From IMG/VR virus record IMGVR_UViG_3300025809_000014, positions 33,656 to 97,655 of that record: 64,000 nucleotides of DNA; one strand, written 5' to 3'. This stretch comes from a virus. The notes beneath the pieces are model-generated. The model was not told where the DNA came from. It did not search any database and worked only from the letters and a program-made list of their open reading frames with translations. The position numbers were made by a program, and so were the translations under genes. Shown piece by piece: positions 28,879 through 38,900 of this stretch (positions are counted from its first letter, which is position 1; each line of letters opens with the position of its first letter).

Positions 28879-29979
28879 ATGTCAAATAATTGCTCAAATT
28901 GCTATAACGGATGTACTCAGATATGCTCAGATAAATGCGTTAAATATACAGGGGTAGATGTCCCTGTTCTAGGAATAAAAAATGGAGACTCTCTGTCTTA
29001 TGTGGAGCAGTCAATAATAGGTTTTCTAACTTCAACACTTGATGGTACAGGAATATTTCCTGTAGTACCACAGACAGATATATGTCCAAGTTTACAAGCA
29101 GAACTAGACGATTGTAATCCCCTTTCATTAAATAATTACTTAACAGGAATCGTAAAGTTTTTATGTAGTTTAGAAGAACAAATTTCAGGAGAAGGAGGAG
29201 AAACACCCTTACCAGCCTATGACCTAGATTGTATAACTATACCAACCACAGATACAAGTGACACGTTTGCAGTATTACAAAGTGTGATATATAAGGTGTG
29301 TACAGTGGCTGAGCAACTTAATGATTTTATAACTTTTGTTGAAAACACTTATGTTAGAATTTCAGATATAAATACGTATATTGAAAACTATATACAAAAT
29401 GATCCAGGTCAACAACTTATTGCTAATAGGATGGTTCCATTTTCAATTGTTGCTGCTACTGGAGGTGCTGCATTTCTTAACAACTTTAATGCTTCTGGTG
29501 CTGGTATAGGTGAATGGGAAAGTATATATTTGTGTAATGGTGAAAATGGAACTCCTGATTTAAGAGGTAGAGTACTAGTTGGAACTAGTGATGGAAGCAT
29601 GGGTGGTGCAGCAATGGATGTAACTGTAGATCCTGCTCAACCTGATAACCCAACTTATACAATATCAACTGCAATAGGTAATAATGGTATAGTTTTGACT
29701 CAAGGACAAATTCCTTCACACATACACGATGTTACTCTTGGACAATCAACACCTACAATAACCCCTACAGGATGGGCAGCAGGACCTTACCTTGGTGATA
29801 GTATACCAGGTGGTGGAGGATTTGATGGTGGAAATAATGCCTTTAGACAAAGACAGTTTAATGCAAATCCCCTTCCTCCACATACACATAGTGTTACTCT
29901 TGATCCTACAGGTGGTGGACAATCACATAGTAACTATCAACCTGGACGTGGAGTATATTATATAATTTACATACCTTAA
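28879..29979 (+). CDS. tail fibre-associated protein with tail-collar-like domain
   Basis: YLCNGENGTPDLRGRVLVG...LTQGQIPSHIH...GGGQSHSNYQP..YYIIY; Cys-rich N-terminus. Confidence 0.75.
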   Translation: MSNNCSNCYNGCTQICSDKCVKYTGVDVPVLGIKNGDSLSYVEQSIIGFLTSTLDGTGIFPVVPQTDICPSLQAELDDCNPLSLNNYLTGIVKFLCSLEEQISGEGGETPLPAYDLDCITIPTTDTSDTFAVLQSVIYKVCTVAEQLNDFITFVENTYVRISDINTYIENYIQNDPGQQLIANRMVPFSIVAATGGAAFLNNFNASGAGIGEWESIYLCNGENGTPDLRGRVLVGTSDGSMGGAAMDVTVDPAQPDNPTYTISTAIGNNGIVLTQGQIPSHIHDVTLGQSTPTITPTGWAAGPYLGDSIPGGGGFDGGNNAFRQRQFNANPLPPHTHSVTLDPTGGGQSHSNYQPGRGVYYIIYIP

Positions 29980-29990
29980 AACAAAATAAA

Positions 29991-30317
29991 ATGGCATATC
30001 TACCTGTAAACCCTTGCTGCACTGATGTAGTTTTAAATAACCCTTGTGGATGCACAAGTACATGTAATCAATGTACTAACTCCTGTGGAACAAATGGTAC
30101 TGTATCGAGCACAGTTGTGTACGATGGTCCAACTCTTCCAGGATCTGGTGTAGAAGCTTGTGACACAATCAATGTAGCATTATCAAAAATAGACTCTGTT
30201 CTTGTCGAGTTAAAGAGTCAAGTTGCAACTAACACTAGTGACATTGCTTCTATTAAAGAACAGATAATAAACATTAACTCACAAATAACAAACATTAATA
30301 ACAACTGTTGTTCATAA
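29991..30317 (+). CDS. Cys-rich coiled-coil structural protein
   Basis: VVYDGPTLPGSGVEACDTINVALSKID resembles the 28879 N-terminus; heptad C-terminus. Confidence 0.7.
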   Translation: MAYLPVNPCCTDVVLNNPCGCTSTCNQCTNSCGTNGTVSSTVVYDGPTLPGSGVEACDTINVALSKIDSVLVELKSQVATNTSDIASIKEQIININSQITNINNNCCS

Positions 30318-30574
30318 TGATGACCGTACTACTAACCATATCCCAAATAGGATTTGATAATTCTCAATTTGACTTATACTCAGATCTAGATAATTTCACT
30401 ACCCCTTTTGAAACAGATGTATCAGACACTGACTTGTTAAATGGATACACTAGTTCTCTAGTTCCAGATTACACAAACATTGTACGAGTGCAGGCTTTAG
30501 GTAAGTGCGTCAATTATTTGGATATAGTTTTAGAAAATATAACAACAACAACAACAACAACTTTAATTCCTTAA
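30317..30574 (+). CDS. stand-alone GPFDLYSD-domain protein with Thr tail
   Basis: FDLYSDLDNFTTPFETDVS...IVRVQALGKCVN; ATG at 30317 couples to upstream stop. Confidence 0.7.
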   Translation: MMTVLLTISQIGFDNSQFDLYSDLDNFTTPFETDVSDTDLLNGYTSSLVPDYTNIVRVQALGKCVNYLDIVLENITTTTTTTLIP

Positions 30575-30577
30575 ACC

Positions 30578-31837
30578 ATGTTAATACAAATAACCATAAC
30601 CATTCCACCTGGAGGCGCTGCTGGACCTTTTGACTTATATTCAGATGCGGACGGATTTACAACTCCATTTGAAACACAAGTCCCAGCTGTAGATTTAGTA
30701 GCTGGATATACAGTTACACTTCCTATGGGAGCAACCATTATACGAGTTTGCTCTGTTGGTACATGTGAAAATTGTATTGACTTACCAACTAATTGTCCAA
30801 CAACTACTACTACAACAACTGTTGCACCAACTACCACAACAACAACAACGGTAGCCACAACAACTACAAGTACTACAGTAGCTCCGACAACAACTACAAC
30901 AACAACTGCAGCAACAACTACAACAACTACAACTGTTGCACCTACTACTACTACAACTACAACAGTTGCACCTACAACAACAACTACTACTACAGCAGCT
31001 ACTACAACAACAACTACTACTGGAAATCCTGAAAAGTTAAGTTGGGAACTTACAACTACTACAGCTTCTGAAATATTTGCTGTAGGTATGCAAATACTTG
31101 TAAATGATGTTGTTCAGGTTCAGGAAAGTATTGATGGAGCTAATTATCCATTGACAGGTGAGATTTTGGTTGGTACAGGAGCAACAGTAAAAGTTATAGT
31201 TACAAATCAAAAGACTGGAATACATACTTTCCAAAACAGAGCAACATTACAAGGTCTTGGATCACCAGTTGTAATCTTAAGTGATACTCAATCTGCAACT
31301 AATTCACATGTATCGAATGTAACATTTACTAAAGCTGGAATTACAGAAGATCTTGAGGTCATTGGTAATATTATAGTAAATACAACAACTACTAGTACTA
31401 CAACAATTATAGAAACAACAACTACTAGTACAACCACTGCAGCTCCAACAACAACTACCACTACGACTAGTGCTGTAGGAGCTTGTGATTTAGGTACTAT
31501 AACAGCAACTGCACCTTCTCAAACTACTACAACTACTAGTACAGTAGGTGGGTTGACACAAGGACTGTTGAGTCCATTTGGACAATCAAGCAGTACTTCT
31601 GCATGTACACAATCGATGACATATGATGTTTGGGTAACAAACGTTAATTCAAATGGTTCACCAACTACTAGTTCTGTCGTTTATCAAAATGCGTCAGGTA
31701 CTACTGTTTTTCAAGGAGCAACAGCAGCACCTTGGCACATCTATGAAATGTCAGCTGCAGGTGCAAGTGGAGCATATTCATTTGAGATAGATGGAAATGG
31801 TAATGTTGGAGGACCAATTACCATATGTACAATATAA
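30578..31837 (+). CDS. GPFDLYSD-domain protein with mucin-like Thr stalk
   Basis: GPFDLYSDADGFTTPFETQV, ~75-residue Thr-rich repeat, then beta domains. Confidence 0.75.
   Translation: MLIQITITIPPGGAAGPFDLYSDADGFTTPFETQVPAVDLVAGYTVTLPMGATIIRVCSVGTCENCIDLPTNCPTTTTTTTVAPTTTTTTTVATTTTSTTVAPTTTTTTTAATTTTTTTVAPTTTTTTTVAPTTTTTTTAATTTTTTTGNPEKLSWELTTTTASEIFAVGMQILVNDVVQVQESIDGANYPLTGEILVGTGATVKVIVTNQKTGIHTFQNRATLQGLGSPVVILSDTQSATNSHVSNVTFTKAGITEDLEVIGNIIVNTTTTSTTTIIETTTTSTTTAAPTTTTTTTSAVGACDLGTITATAPSQTTTTTSTVGGLTQGLLSPFGQSSSTSACTQSMTYDVWVTNVNSNGSPTTSSVVYQNASGTTVFQGATAAPWHIYEMSAAGASGAYSFEIDGNGNVGGPITICTI
30797..31021 (+). repeat. tandem (V/A)A(P)T6-8 coding repeat
   Basis: About eight units of ACN-codon runs with mixed synonymous codons. 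Confidence 0.85.
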
Positions 31838-31863
31838 TTTATAAATTTTAAAAACAATATAAT

Positions 31864-32100
31864 ATGGCCTTTACCGTAAATGTAAAAATAACAGCACCCC
31901 ATGGAGCCGATTCAGGACCTTGTGATATATATCAAAATGGTGACTTTTACCAAACTCCTGTAGCTACTGGTGTATCAATGTCATCTCTCATAGCACCAGC
32001 TGGTGTTGATGTAGGAGTTAATGCTAGCACAACAATTTTAAGAGTTCAGAATACTGGAACGTGTACAAACTTTGAGAATGTTGCAATCCTATTTTCATAA
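31864..32100 (+). CDS. stand-alone GPFDLYSD-family protein
   Basis: GADSGPCDIYQNGDFYQTPVATGVS...ILRVQNTGTCTN. Confidence 0.7.
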   Translation: MAFTVNVKITAPHGADSGPCDIYQNGDFYQTPVATGVSMSSLIAPAGVDVGVNASTTILRVQNTGTCTNFENVAILFS

Positions 32101-32106
32101 TATAAT

Positions 32107-32334
32107 ATGACAGCTTTAATAAAAATAGATACAATAGGTAAAGATCTTCATTTGTTTAATCTCTATTCTGACATAAATAACTTTACAGCTCCATTTGCAA
32201 CAAATGTAACTAGAGCTGAACTGTTAGGTACAGTTAAGGTAGATGGTTATCCAACTGATCAATTACCTGATCTAGCAACAGTTGTTAGAGTTATGGCAAT
32301 TGATGAAGGAATATTCCTAGATATTAATGTATAA
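32107..32334 (+). CDS. stand-alone GPFDLYSD-family protein
   Basis: FNLYSDINNFTAPFATNVTRAELL...VVRVMA. Confidence 0.7.
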   Translation: MTALIKIDTIGKDLHLFNLYSDINNFTAPFATNVTRAELLGTVKVDGYPTDQLPDLATVVRVMAIDEGIFLDINV

Positions 32335-32337
32335 AAA

Positions 32338-32399
32338 AGTCTTGTTTTGTTGGTTTTACAAGGCTTCTCCTAGGGTTATTAGTAGCCCTGGGAGTTTTT
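32338..32399 (+). terminator. double hairpin ending in an intrinsic terminator
   Basis: AGTCTTGT/ACAAGGCT, then CTCCTAGGGTTA/TAGCCCTGGGAG followed by TTTTT. Confidence 0.75.
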
Positions 32400-32400
32400 A

Positions 32401-32480
32401 TTTATAACTAAGTTGATTATAAATAATAACCTGGTTTAGTAAATTTATTTGTAATATCCAAAATAAATTTTATATATTTA
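32401..32480 (+). promoter_or_regulatory. dyad operator plus promoter
   Basis: TTTATAACTAAGTTGATTATAAA (32401-32423); TTTG (32448), 21 nt, TATATTTA (32473). Confidence 0.55.
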
Positions 32481-32508
32481 CAATATTTTTTAACTAAAGC
32501 ACAATTAA

Positions 32509-33750
32509 ATGTCGTACAATGAGAAATTACTCAGACAGCTAGAGGGACTACTGGGCTGGAAGAAAAGTAAAAAGTTTTATGCTGAGAAGCTAAATATAAC
32601 AGAAGATGAAGTAGATGAACTAATTAAAGAAATAAGAAGCAGAGATAAAGATGAAGGAGAAACGTTTCTAAGAACATCAAACACAACAGAAACCTTTGAA
32701 TCACTAAAGAAGGTTAATAATGAGAAGGGGACTATGGAGAGTACAATTACTCTTGATTACGAACCCAAAGATTACTTGGAGCTAGCAAAGCTTCATAAAA
32801 TAGACTTAGACAAATACATAATTACAAACTATTGGTCTAAAGTGCTTCCAAGTGGAAAGTTTACTTCCTCAATATTTTCAAAGAGGAAGACACCAACAGA
32901 TTACACAGCTGAGGATTTCAGCAAGTTCCTAGAGAACTATAAATCAAATTACATTCCAATCCCCTCACCAGAGAGAACTAAGAATAGAGATGTTACAGAT
33001 GTTGAAATATCTCTATCTGATTATCATTTAGCAAAACGATATGTTGATGGTGATAACAATCCTGCAGTAAGAGTAAGAAGATTTTTTGAAGTGGCTCAAA
33101 ATTTGATGCACAAGGTAAGATCTGTTTATGATGTAGATAAGGTAGTATTTCCAATATCTAATGATTTTTTTCATACAGATAACTATCAAAACTCAACAAC
33201 AAACGGAACACCACAAGACACTATATTAGATTATTCTTCTGAGTATGAGTTAGGTTTTGCAATACTTGTAGATACTATCAAGATGTTAAAAGCAAACTCT
33301 AATCATGTAGAAGTTATATTAGTGCAAGGTAATCACGATAGAACAAAGTCTTTCTATCTAGCACATGCATTAGATATATACTTTACAGATGAAAAGAATA
33401 TAAGCTTTATAAGAGATGAAGGATTAATAAAAGCAACTGTAGTTGGTGAAACATTTATAGGTTACCATCATGGGAACTGTAAGATAGATCAACTACCACT
33501 ATTGTTTGCTACCCATCCAAAGTATGCATCTATGTTTGGAAATGCTAAATACAGAGAAGTCCATACAGGTGATAAACATCATTACATGGCTAAAGAAATA
33601 AAAGGGGTTAGAATACAACAAATGCCTAGTTTATCTGGTACAGATAGATGGCATAAAGATAACAACTTTGTACATAGTGTACGAGCTGCTCTTGCTTTAG
33701 TTTATGATGATAAGCTTGGTAAAGTGGCTGAATTTGAAGAAAGAATATAA
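32509..33750 (+). CDS. calcineurin-like metallophosphoesterase with N-terminal HTH
   Basis: SDYH, NDFFH, GNHD, HHG, GDKHH motifs; YAEKLNITEDEV HTH-like. Confidence 0.85.
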   Translation: MSYNEKLLRQLEGLLGWKKSKKFYAEKLNITEDEVDELIKEIRSRDKDEGETFLRTSNTTETFESLKKVNNEKGTMESTITLDYEPKDYLELAKLHKIDLDKYIITNYWSKVLPSGKFTSSIFSKRKTPTDYTAEDFSKFLENYKSNYIPIPSPERTKNRDVTDVEISLSDYHLAKRYVDGDNNPAVRVRRFFEVAQNLMHKVRSVYDVDKVVFPISNDFFHTDNYQNSTTNGTPQDTILDYSSEYELGFAILVDTIKMLKANSNHVEVILVQGNHDRTKSFYLAHALDIYFTDEKNISFIRDEGLIKATVVGETFIGYHHGNCKIDQLPLLFATHPKYASMFGNAKYREVHTGDKHHYMAKEIKGVRIQQMPSLSGTDRWHKDNNFVHSVRAALALVYDDKLGKVAEFEERI

Positions 33751-33752
33751 TT

Positions 33753-34478
33753 ATGGCAACATTAAGAAAATTGGTTTCAGATGTGCGATCTACGCATAAG
33801 ATTTTATCAACTGATGCGCTTATTACAGACAGAGCAATTGCTTCTGAAATAAGAAATAATGCCTTGACGTTAATTAAAAGAGAAACCAATGTAAGGAAAT
33901 TATGGGCGAGTGATACTCTCTTTACTACCATTCCTTGTTTAGAGATGGTAGAAGTTCCTATTTCAGAATGTTGTGAATATGCTGACCCTTGCACTGTAGC
34001 AAGAACTAAATTTAAACTACCTAGAATATCAGAAGGTAATTATCAATACGTAATTCAAGGTGTTTATTCTATAAACGCTATGGGAGGGAAAGGTACTAAA
34101 TTAAAAGAAATAACAATAAATAGATATTTAAATATACTAAAACTTAGAATAATTAAAAAGGACAGTTATTTTTGGATATCTAACGGTTACTTATATGTAA
34201 GTAATCCATTATTAAAATCAATAAGGTTGGCAGCATTGTTTGAAGAAGATGTACCTAATGAAATAATGTATCCAGATTGTGATTGTGGTACAAATTATTC
34301 TATAGATGATTTGTGTAAGAATCCACTAGATAAAGAATACGCACTTCCTGGATACTTAGAGCAGCAAGCTCTTGCAATGACTTCTACAAAACTTTTATCT
34401 ACATACTTTCAAATTAAGACAGATATGAGTAATGAAGGAATAGATGGACAAGCACCAAACGCCCAGCCTACAAACTAA
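33753..34478 (+). CDS. tail ring/structural protein
   Basis: 241 aa; synteny with the crAss tail block. Confidence 0.65.
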   Translation: MATLRKLVSDVRSTHKILSTDALITDRAIASEIRNNALTLIKRETNVRKLWASDTLFTTIPCLEMVEVPISECCEYADPCTVARTKFKLPRISEGNYQYVIQGVYSINAMGGKGTKLKEITINRYLNILKLRIIKKDSYFWISNGYLYVSNPLLKSIRLAALFEEDVPNEIMYPDCDCGTNYSIDDLCKNPLDKEYALPGYLEQQALAMTSTKLLSTYFQIKTDMSNEGIDGQAPNAQPTN

Positions 34479-34484
34479 TAACAA

Positions 34485-34964
34485 ATGGCTAGAGTCTCTG
34501 TTGATTGGAGAAGTGCAAGTAAAGATAACTACAATGATTTCTGTAAGAAACACCCTTTGGTGAATCTGTCTTTTGATGAGTGGAGAAATATATTGTATCA
34601 TTATAATGATACATTTAAACACTATATATTAGAAACAGGAAAGAAAGAAAAGTTAGTAGGTAGCCTTGGGCAATTTTCTATAAATAAAAAGAAAAGAAGA
34701 AAAGTAAAAGGTGTAGATGGTAAAGAGTTTGTTAACTTACCTATTGACTGGCAGAAAACTAAAGAGAAAGGAAAAGTTATATATAACTTTAACTATCACA
34801 CAGAAGGATATTTCTTTGGGTGGATGTGGTTTAAAGAAAGCGCTAGATTTAGAAACTCTGAACTATGGTACTTCAAGCCCTCAAGAATTACCTCAAGATT
34901 ATTATCACACTATATAAAAACTGACGATAAGTACCAACACATGTATCATGAATGGAAAAAATAA
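34485..34964 (+). CDS. crAss-type IHF-like protein
   Basis: LGQFSINKKK...IDWQKTKEKGK.IYNFNYHTEGY; lies before the tail tubular gene as in crAss-like phages. Confidence 0.65.
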   Translation: MARVSVDWRSASKDNYNDFCKKHPLVNLSFDEWRNILYHYNDTFKHYILETGKKEKLVGSLGQFSINKKKRRKVKGVDGKEFVNLPIDWQKTKEKGKVIYNFNYHTEGYFFGWMWFKESARFRNSELWYFKPSRITSRLLSHYIKTDDKYQHMYHEWKK

Positions 34965-34967
34965 GTT

Positions 34968-35942
34968 ATGTCATACTACTATAAATACAATTTTATTTCC
35001 CCAGAGCCTATTTACGCTACTGTAAAAGAAGAACTTAAAAGTTACTTTGATACAGGCGCTGTAGATGATTTACTATTCCCTACTTATCTAGACAAATGTC
35101 TACAAAAGTTAGGCAGGACTACCTATGTCATTAGTGAACAAGTATTATTCATTGAGGACTTTGAAGCTAGGCTCCCAGACAACTTTCATGCTGTTAGAGA
35201 AGCATGGATGTGTGCTGAGATACCAGGAAATCCTTATCCTTCCGCTACGTCATTTTATTCACAAGCAGCTAATGCAACAACTATACAAGTATCTCCATTA
35301 ACTATAGGAGGAACTCCTTGTAATAATCCTAGCTGTCAACACCCAAGTTGTGATGGAACATGTATGCCTGAATTAGTTCAAGCAGTATATAAAACAAATA
35401 ATGAAATAGCTAGATCATATAGACATAGTTATTTATTAAGACCAGGTAACATTTCTACAAGACAACAGTGTGATGTAAGTTACAGAAATGACTGGAACAA
35501 CTTTGCACCACCTGTAAGAGAATTCACTCCTGGATCTTCAACCTATGATTCATTTGATATTAGAGATAATAAGTTTGTAACTAATTTTAGAAATGGTGTA
35601 GTTCACTTATTGTTTTATGCTACAGAATATGACACAACAGGAAATCAATTGGTTCCTGATAATTATCGTATAGCAGAGTATGTTGAATCGTTTCTTAAGT
35701 TCAAAGTCTTTGAAACACTAACTAATCAAACAAATGATGAAACTTTTAACCAACTTCAACAAAAGCTAGCTTATTATAAACAAGAATATAATGAGAAGTA
35801 TATAGAAGCAGAGACTGAAATTAAAAAACAAACTCCTTGGGAGAAACAAAGGAGAATAAAAAAAGACTTGAGTAGGTTCAACAAGTATGAACTTCCAACT
35901 CGTACAAATAGATACGGTACAAGAAGAAGACGCAATAATTAA
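34968..35942 (+). CDS. tail tubular (ring) protein
   Basis: ARLPDNF, FVTNFRNGVVHLLFYA..D..G..LVPD; precedes muzzle gene. Confidence 0.7.
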   Translation: MSYYYKYNFISPEPIYATVKEELKSYFDTGAVDDLLFPTYLDKCLQKLGRTTYVISEQVLFIEDFEARLPDNFHAVREAWMCAEIPGNPYPSATSFYSQAANATTIQVSPLTIGGTPCNNPSCQHPSCDGTCMPELVQAVYKTNNEIARSYRHSYLLRPGNISTRQQCDVSYRNDWNNFAPPVREFTPGSSTYDSFDIRDNKFVTNFRNGVVHLLFYATEYDTTGNQLVPDNYRIAEYVESFLKFKVFETLTNQTNDETFNQLQQKLAYYKQEYNEKYIEAETEIKKQTPWEKQRRIKKDLSRFNKYELPTRTNRYGTRRRRNN

Positions 35943-35947
35943 GGATT

Positions 35948-38900
35948 ATGGCTAAACAGCAATCAAAAAAGGATTCTGACAAAACAAAGAAGCAGGGTAA
36001 CATTAGATTAAATCCAAGTGTTGCTAGAACAGGATTAAACCTAGACAGCTCTATTAATCAAGTTGGTCCTGGAAGGCTTACGTATGCTTTAAATGCTGCT
36101 GTAGAAAACTTTGACTCTAGTTCTGTAAACTATCAGAATGAGCCAGGTAATGAGTTGTGTTTAGATTTTCCTTCAGGGTATAAACTTATTGGTTCTCATT
36201 TTATTTCTGAGAAGCGTAAGAATATATTCTTTTTAGCCAACCCAAGTACAGGAGGTAGCGAGATTGGATTTATGGACAATAATGATTGTCAATATCAAAC
36301 ACTTGTAAATGCTCCTTGTCTTAACTTTGATGTAAATCATCCAATTCCTAAAATTGTACATAGAATAACAAACTGTACAACAGAACTCTACTGGACAGAT
36401 GGAGTTAATCCTAGAAGATATTTAGACATAGAAAATATCCCTTATGTGATTACTTTAGAACAAGATGGTAGCGTTTGTAATTCTACAGAAACCGATCAGC
36501 TTGATTGTAATCAGCTTAAACTTCAACCTAACTTTGACATACCTCAATTAATGATCACTCAGATCAGAAATGTAGGTAATTTAACAGCAGGTACATACCA
36601 GTTTGCAATTCAATACTCAGACGCAAGTGGTAATGAACTTACATCATACTATTCTGTAACTAACCCTTTACCTATTGCTGATGAGTTTACAACAACAGTA
36701 AACTTTGATTACCCAGTGGGGAAATCTATTGTTGTAGGTGTATCTAATTTAGATTTATCAGGACAGTTTGAATATTACAACTTAGCCGTAATAAAAACTA
36801 TAAATAACATAACTTCAGTTGAAATTGTTGGTACATATAGTATTGAAGATTCTACAAGAGAAGTAACTTATACAGGAGGAGATCAGTCACCTATACAGCT
36901 TTCTATATCAGATATATTTGAAAAGTTTCCATATTATGATATTGCACAAGATGTTACAGCTGTACAAGATGTTCTTGTTTGGGATAATCTTACATCTATT
37001 GACAGAATTAACTACCAGTCAATTGCAAATCAAATAACACTTGGTTGGGAGACACACAGAATACCAGCAGATGAAAATTATGCAGATGAATTAAACGCTG
37101 TAAATCTTCGTGGATATATGCGTGATGAAGTGTATGCATTTGAAATTGTATTTTTATTGAAGAATGGTAAACAGACAGACGGTTTTCACATTCCAGGAAG
37201 AGAAAGAGGTAATAGCGAATCTTATCCTGATGTAGCTGATTCAGGACCTAATCAAAATAACGATTTTATTGGAGACCCTGACTACTATGCTGGTGATGTA
37301 GGATTTAAACCTTGGTGGAAAATATATAATACAGCTTCTGTAACAGGAGCCTCTCCTGGTCAATCTAGTAATCCAAACTACAAAGGGCCTTGGGAATATG
37401 GTGAGTTTTCATACTGGGAATCAACAGAAACGTATCCTTGTGAGCCAGATGTTTGGGGAGATTTATCTGAACAACCTATCAGACATCACAAGTTTCCAGA
37501 TGTAGCAGTGAGTCCTATTATAGAAAACGGAACAATAGTATATGACAATAATAAAATTGTTCCTACAATGCAGAACGATGCTGTATTTCCTATTGGTGTA
37601 CGATTGGATAATTTGCAGGTATCTACATTAATAGAGAATTCTGGACTAACACAAGATCAGAAAGATGATATTGTTGCCTATAAGATTGTAAGAGCAGATA
37701 GAGGAACTAATAAATCTGTTATTGCAAAAGGTATACTTAGAAACGTAAACAAGTATACTAGGGATGAAGAAGACTACTACTACCCTAATTATCCATATAA
37801 TGATTTATCTTCAGATCCATATGTATTAGCAAACAATAATGCATGGAGTGCTGAGTCTAAACCATACTTGGTATATTTGCAAGCAACGGAACCAGATACA
37901 AGTACTTTTCTTACAATATTACAAGGACTTGAAGTAGTAGTGAATGACAGTGAGGGTGTATTTGAGTACACTAGTGCACTGAATGGTAAAGTGACACAAG
38001 CAGTTATACAAGTAGATGAAGTTGTTGAAATCTGTTCATTAACAAGACCTGTTCCACTTTTAGGTAGGATGGTAATTGGTCCTGGTGATTATGATGTATG
38101 GAGAGTATTTACTGACAATACGTCCATTCCACCTTCATGTGGACACAGGATACGTTGGCAAGATCCATTCACTGATTGGAATGATACACCTTACGTTAGT
38201 GAAGTAGCTAGAACACAATATATGTTTGATAATGGACCTCTAGGTAAATCGAAGAAATATACAGTTATTACTGAAGTGGGAGCACCAGAACCAGAGGTTA
38301 TATATTGTGGTAGAGTTTGGATAGGCTGGTGGGTAGATTGTTGTAGACCTAGACAGACAAAAATGGAGGAAGAAGTGTTTGCTGCTGGAGAAGTTGAAAA
38401 TCCCCCAGGAGTTAAAAAAGGTTCTGATTTTGAAGGAGATAGTACAAGTAATAATGGCTGGTACGGTAGGAGAACAAAAAGTAGAAGATCCTCTTTAGGT
38501 TGTAATGCTGAAAAACCACAACCTTCAATTGGTGAACAAGAAGATGGAGAAATTACATACAGACAAGTATTTAATTCACCAGAAACATCTTTTGGTCAAC
38601 CATTTTTAGGAAGTGTATTAAAGCTTGAGAGTGTAATGTTTGGTGCTGGAAAAGCTCATTGGGTACAAGTTAAAGATAATGCTAACTACAAACTTCTTTC
38701 TAAAGAGGCCCAACAAGATGCATTAGATAGCTCAAAGAAAATGGCTGACTTATCAGATCCACAAAGTTTAGGTGTGATGTTTACGGCATATCAAGCATAT
38801 CTAACTATCTATGTAAATGGTATTACAAGAAAGAATTATGGAATGTCATTTAACTCTAGAGCTAATTATGATTATTCTTATGATATAGCTAATAACACAA

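Noticed and set aside
30797-31021. CRISPR-like array or microsatellite
   Set aside because: No constant repeat with unique spacers; these are synonymous-mixed Thr codons within a gene
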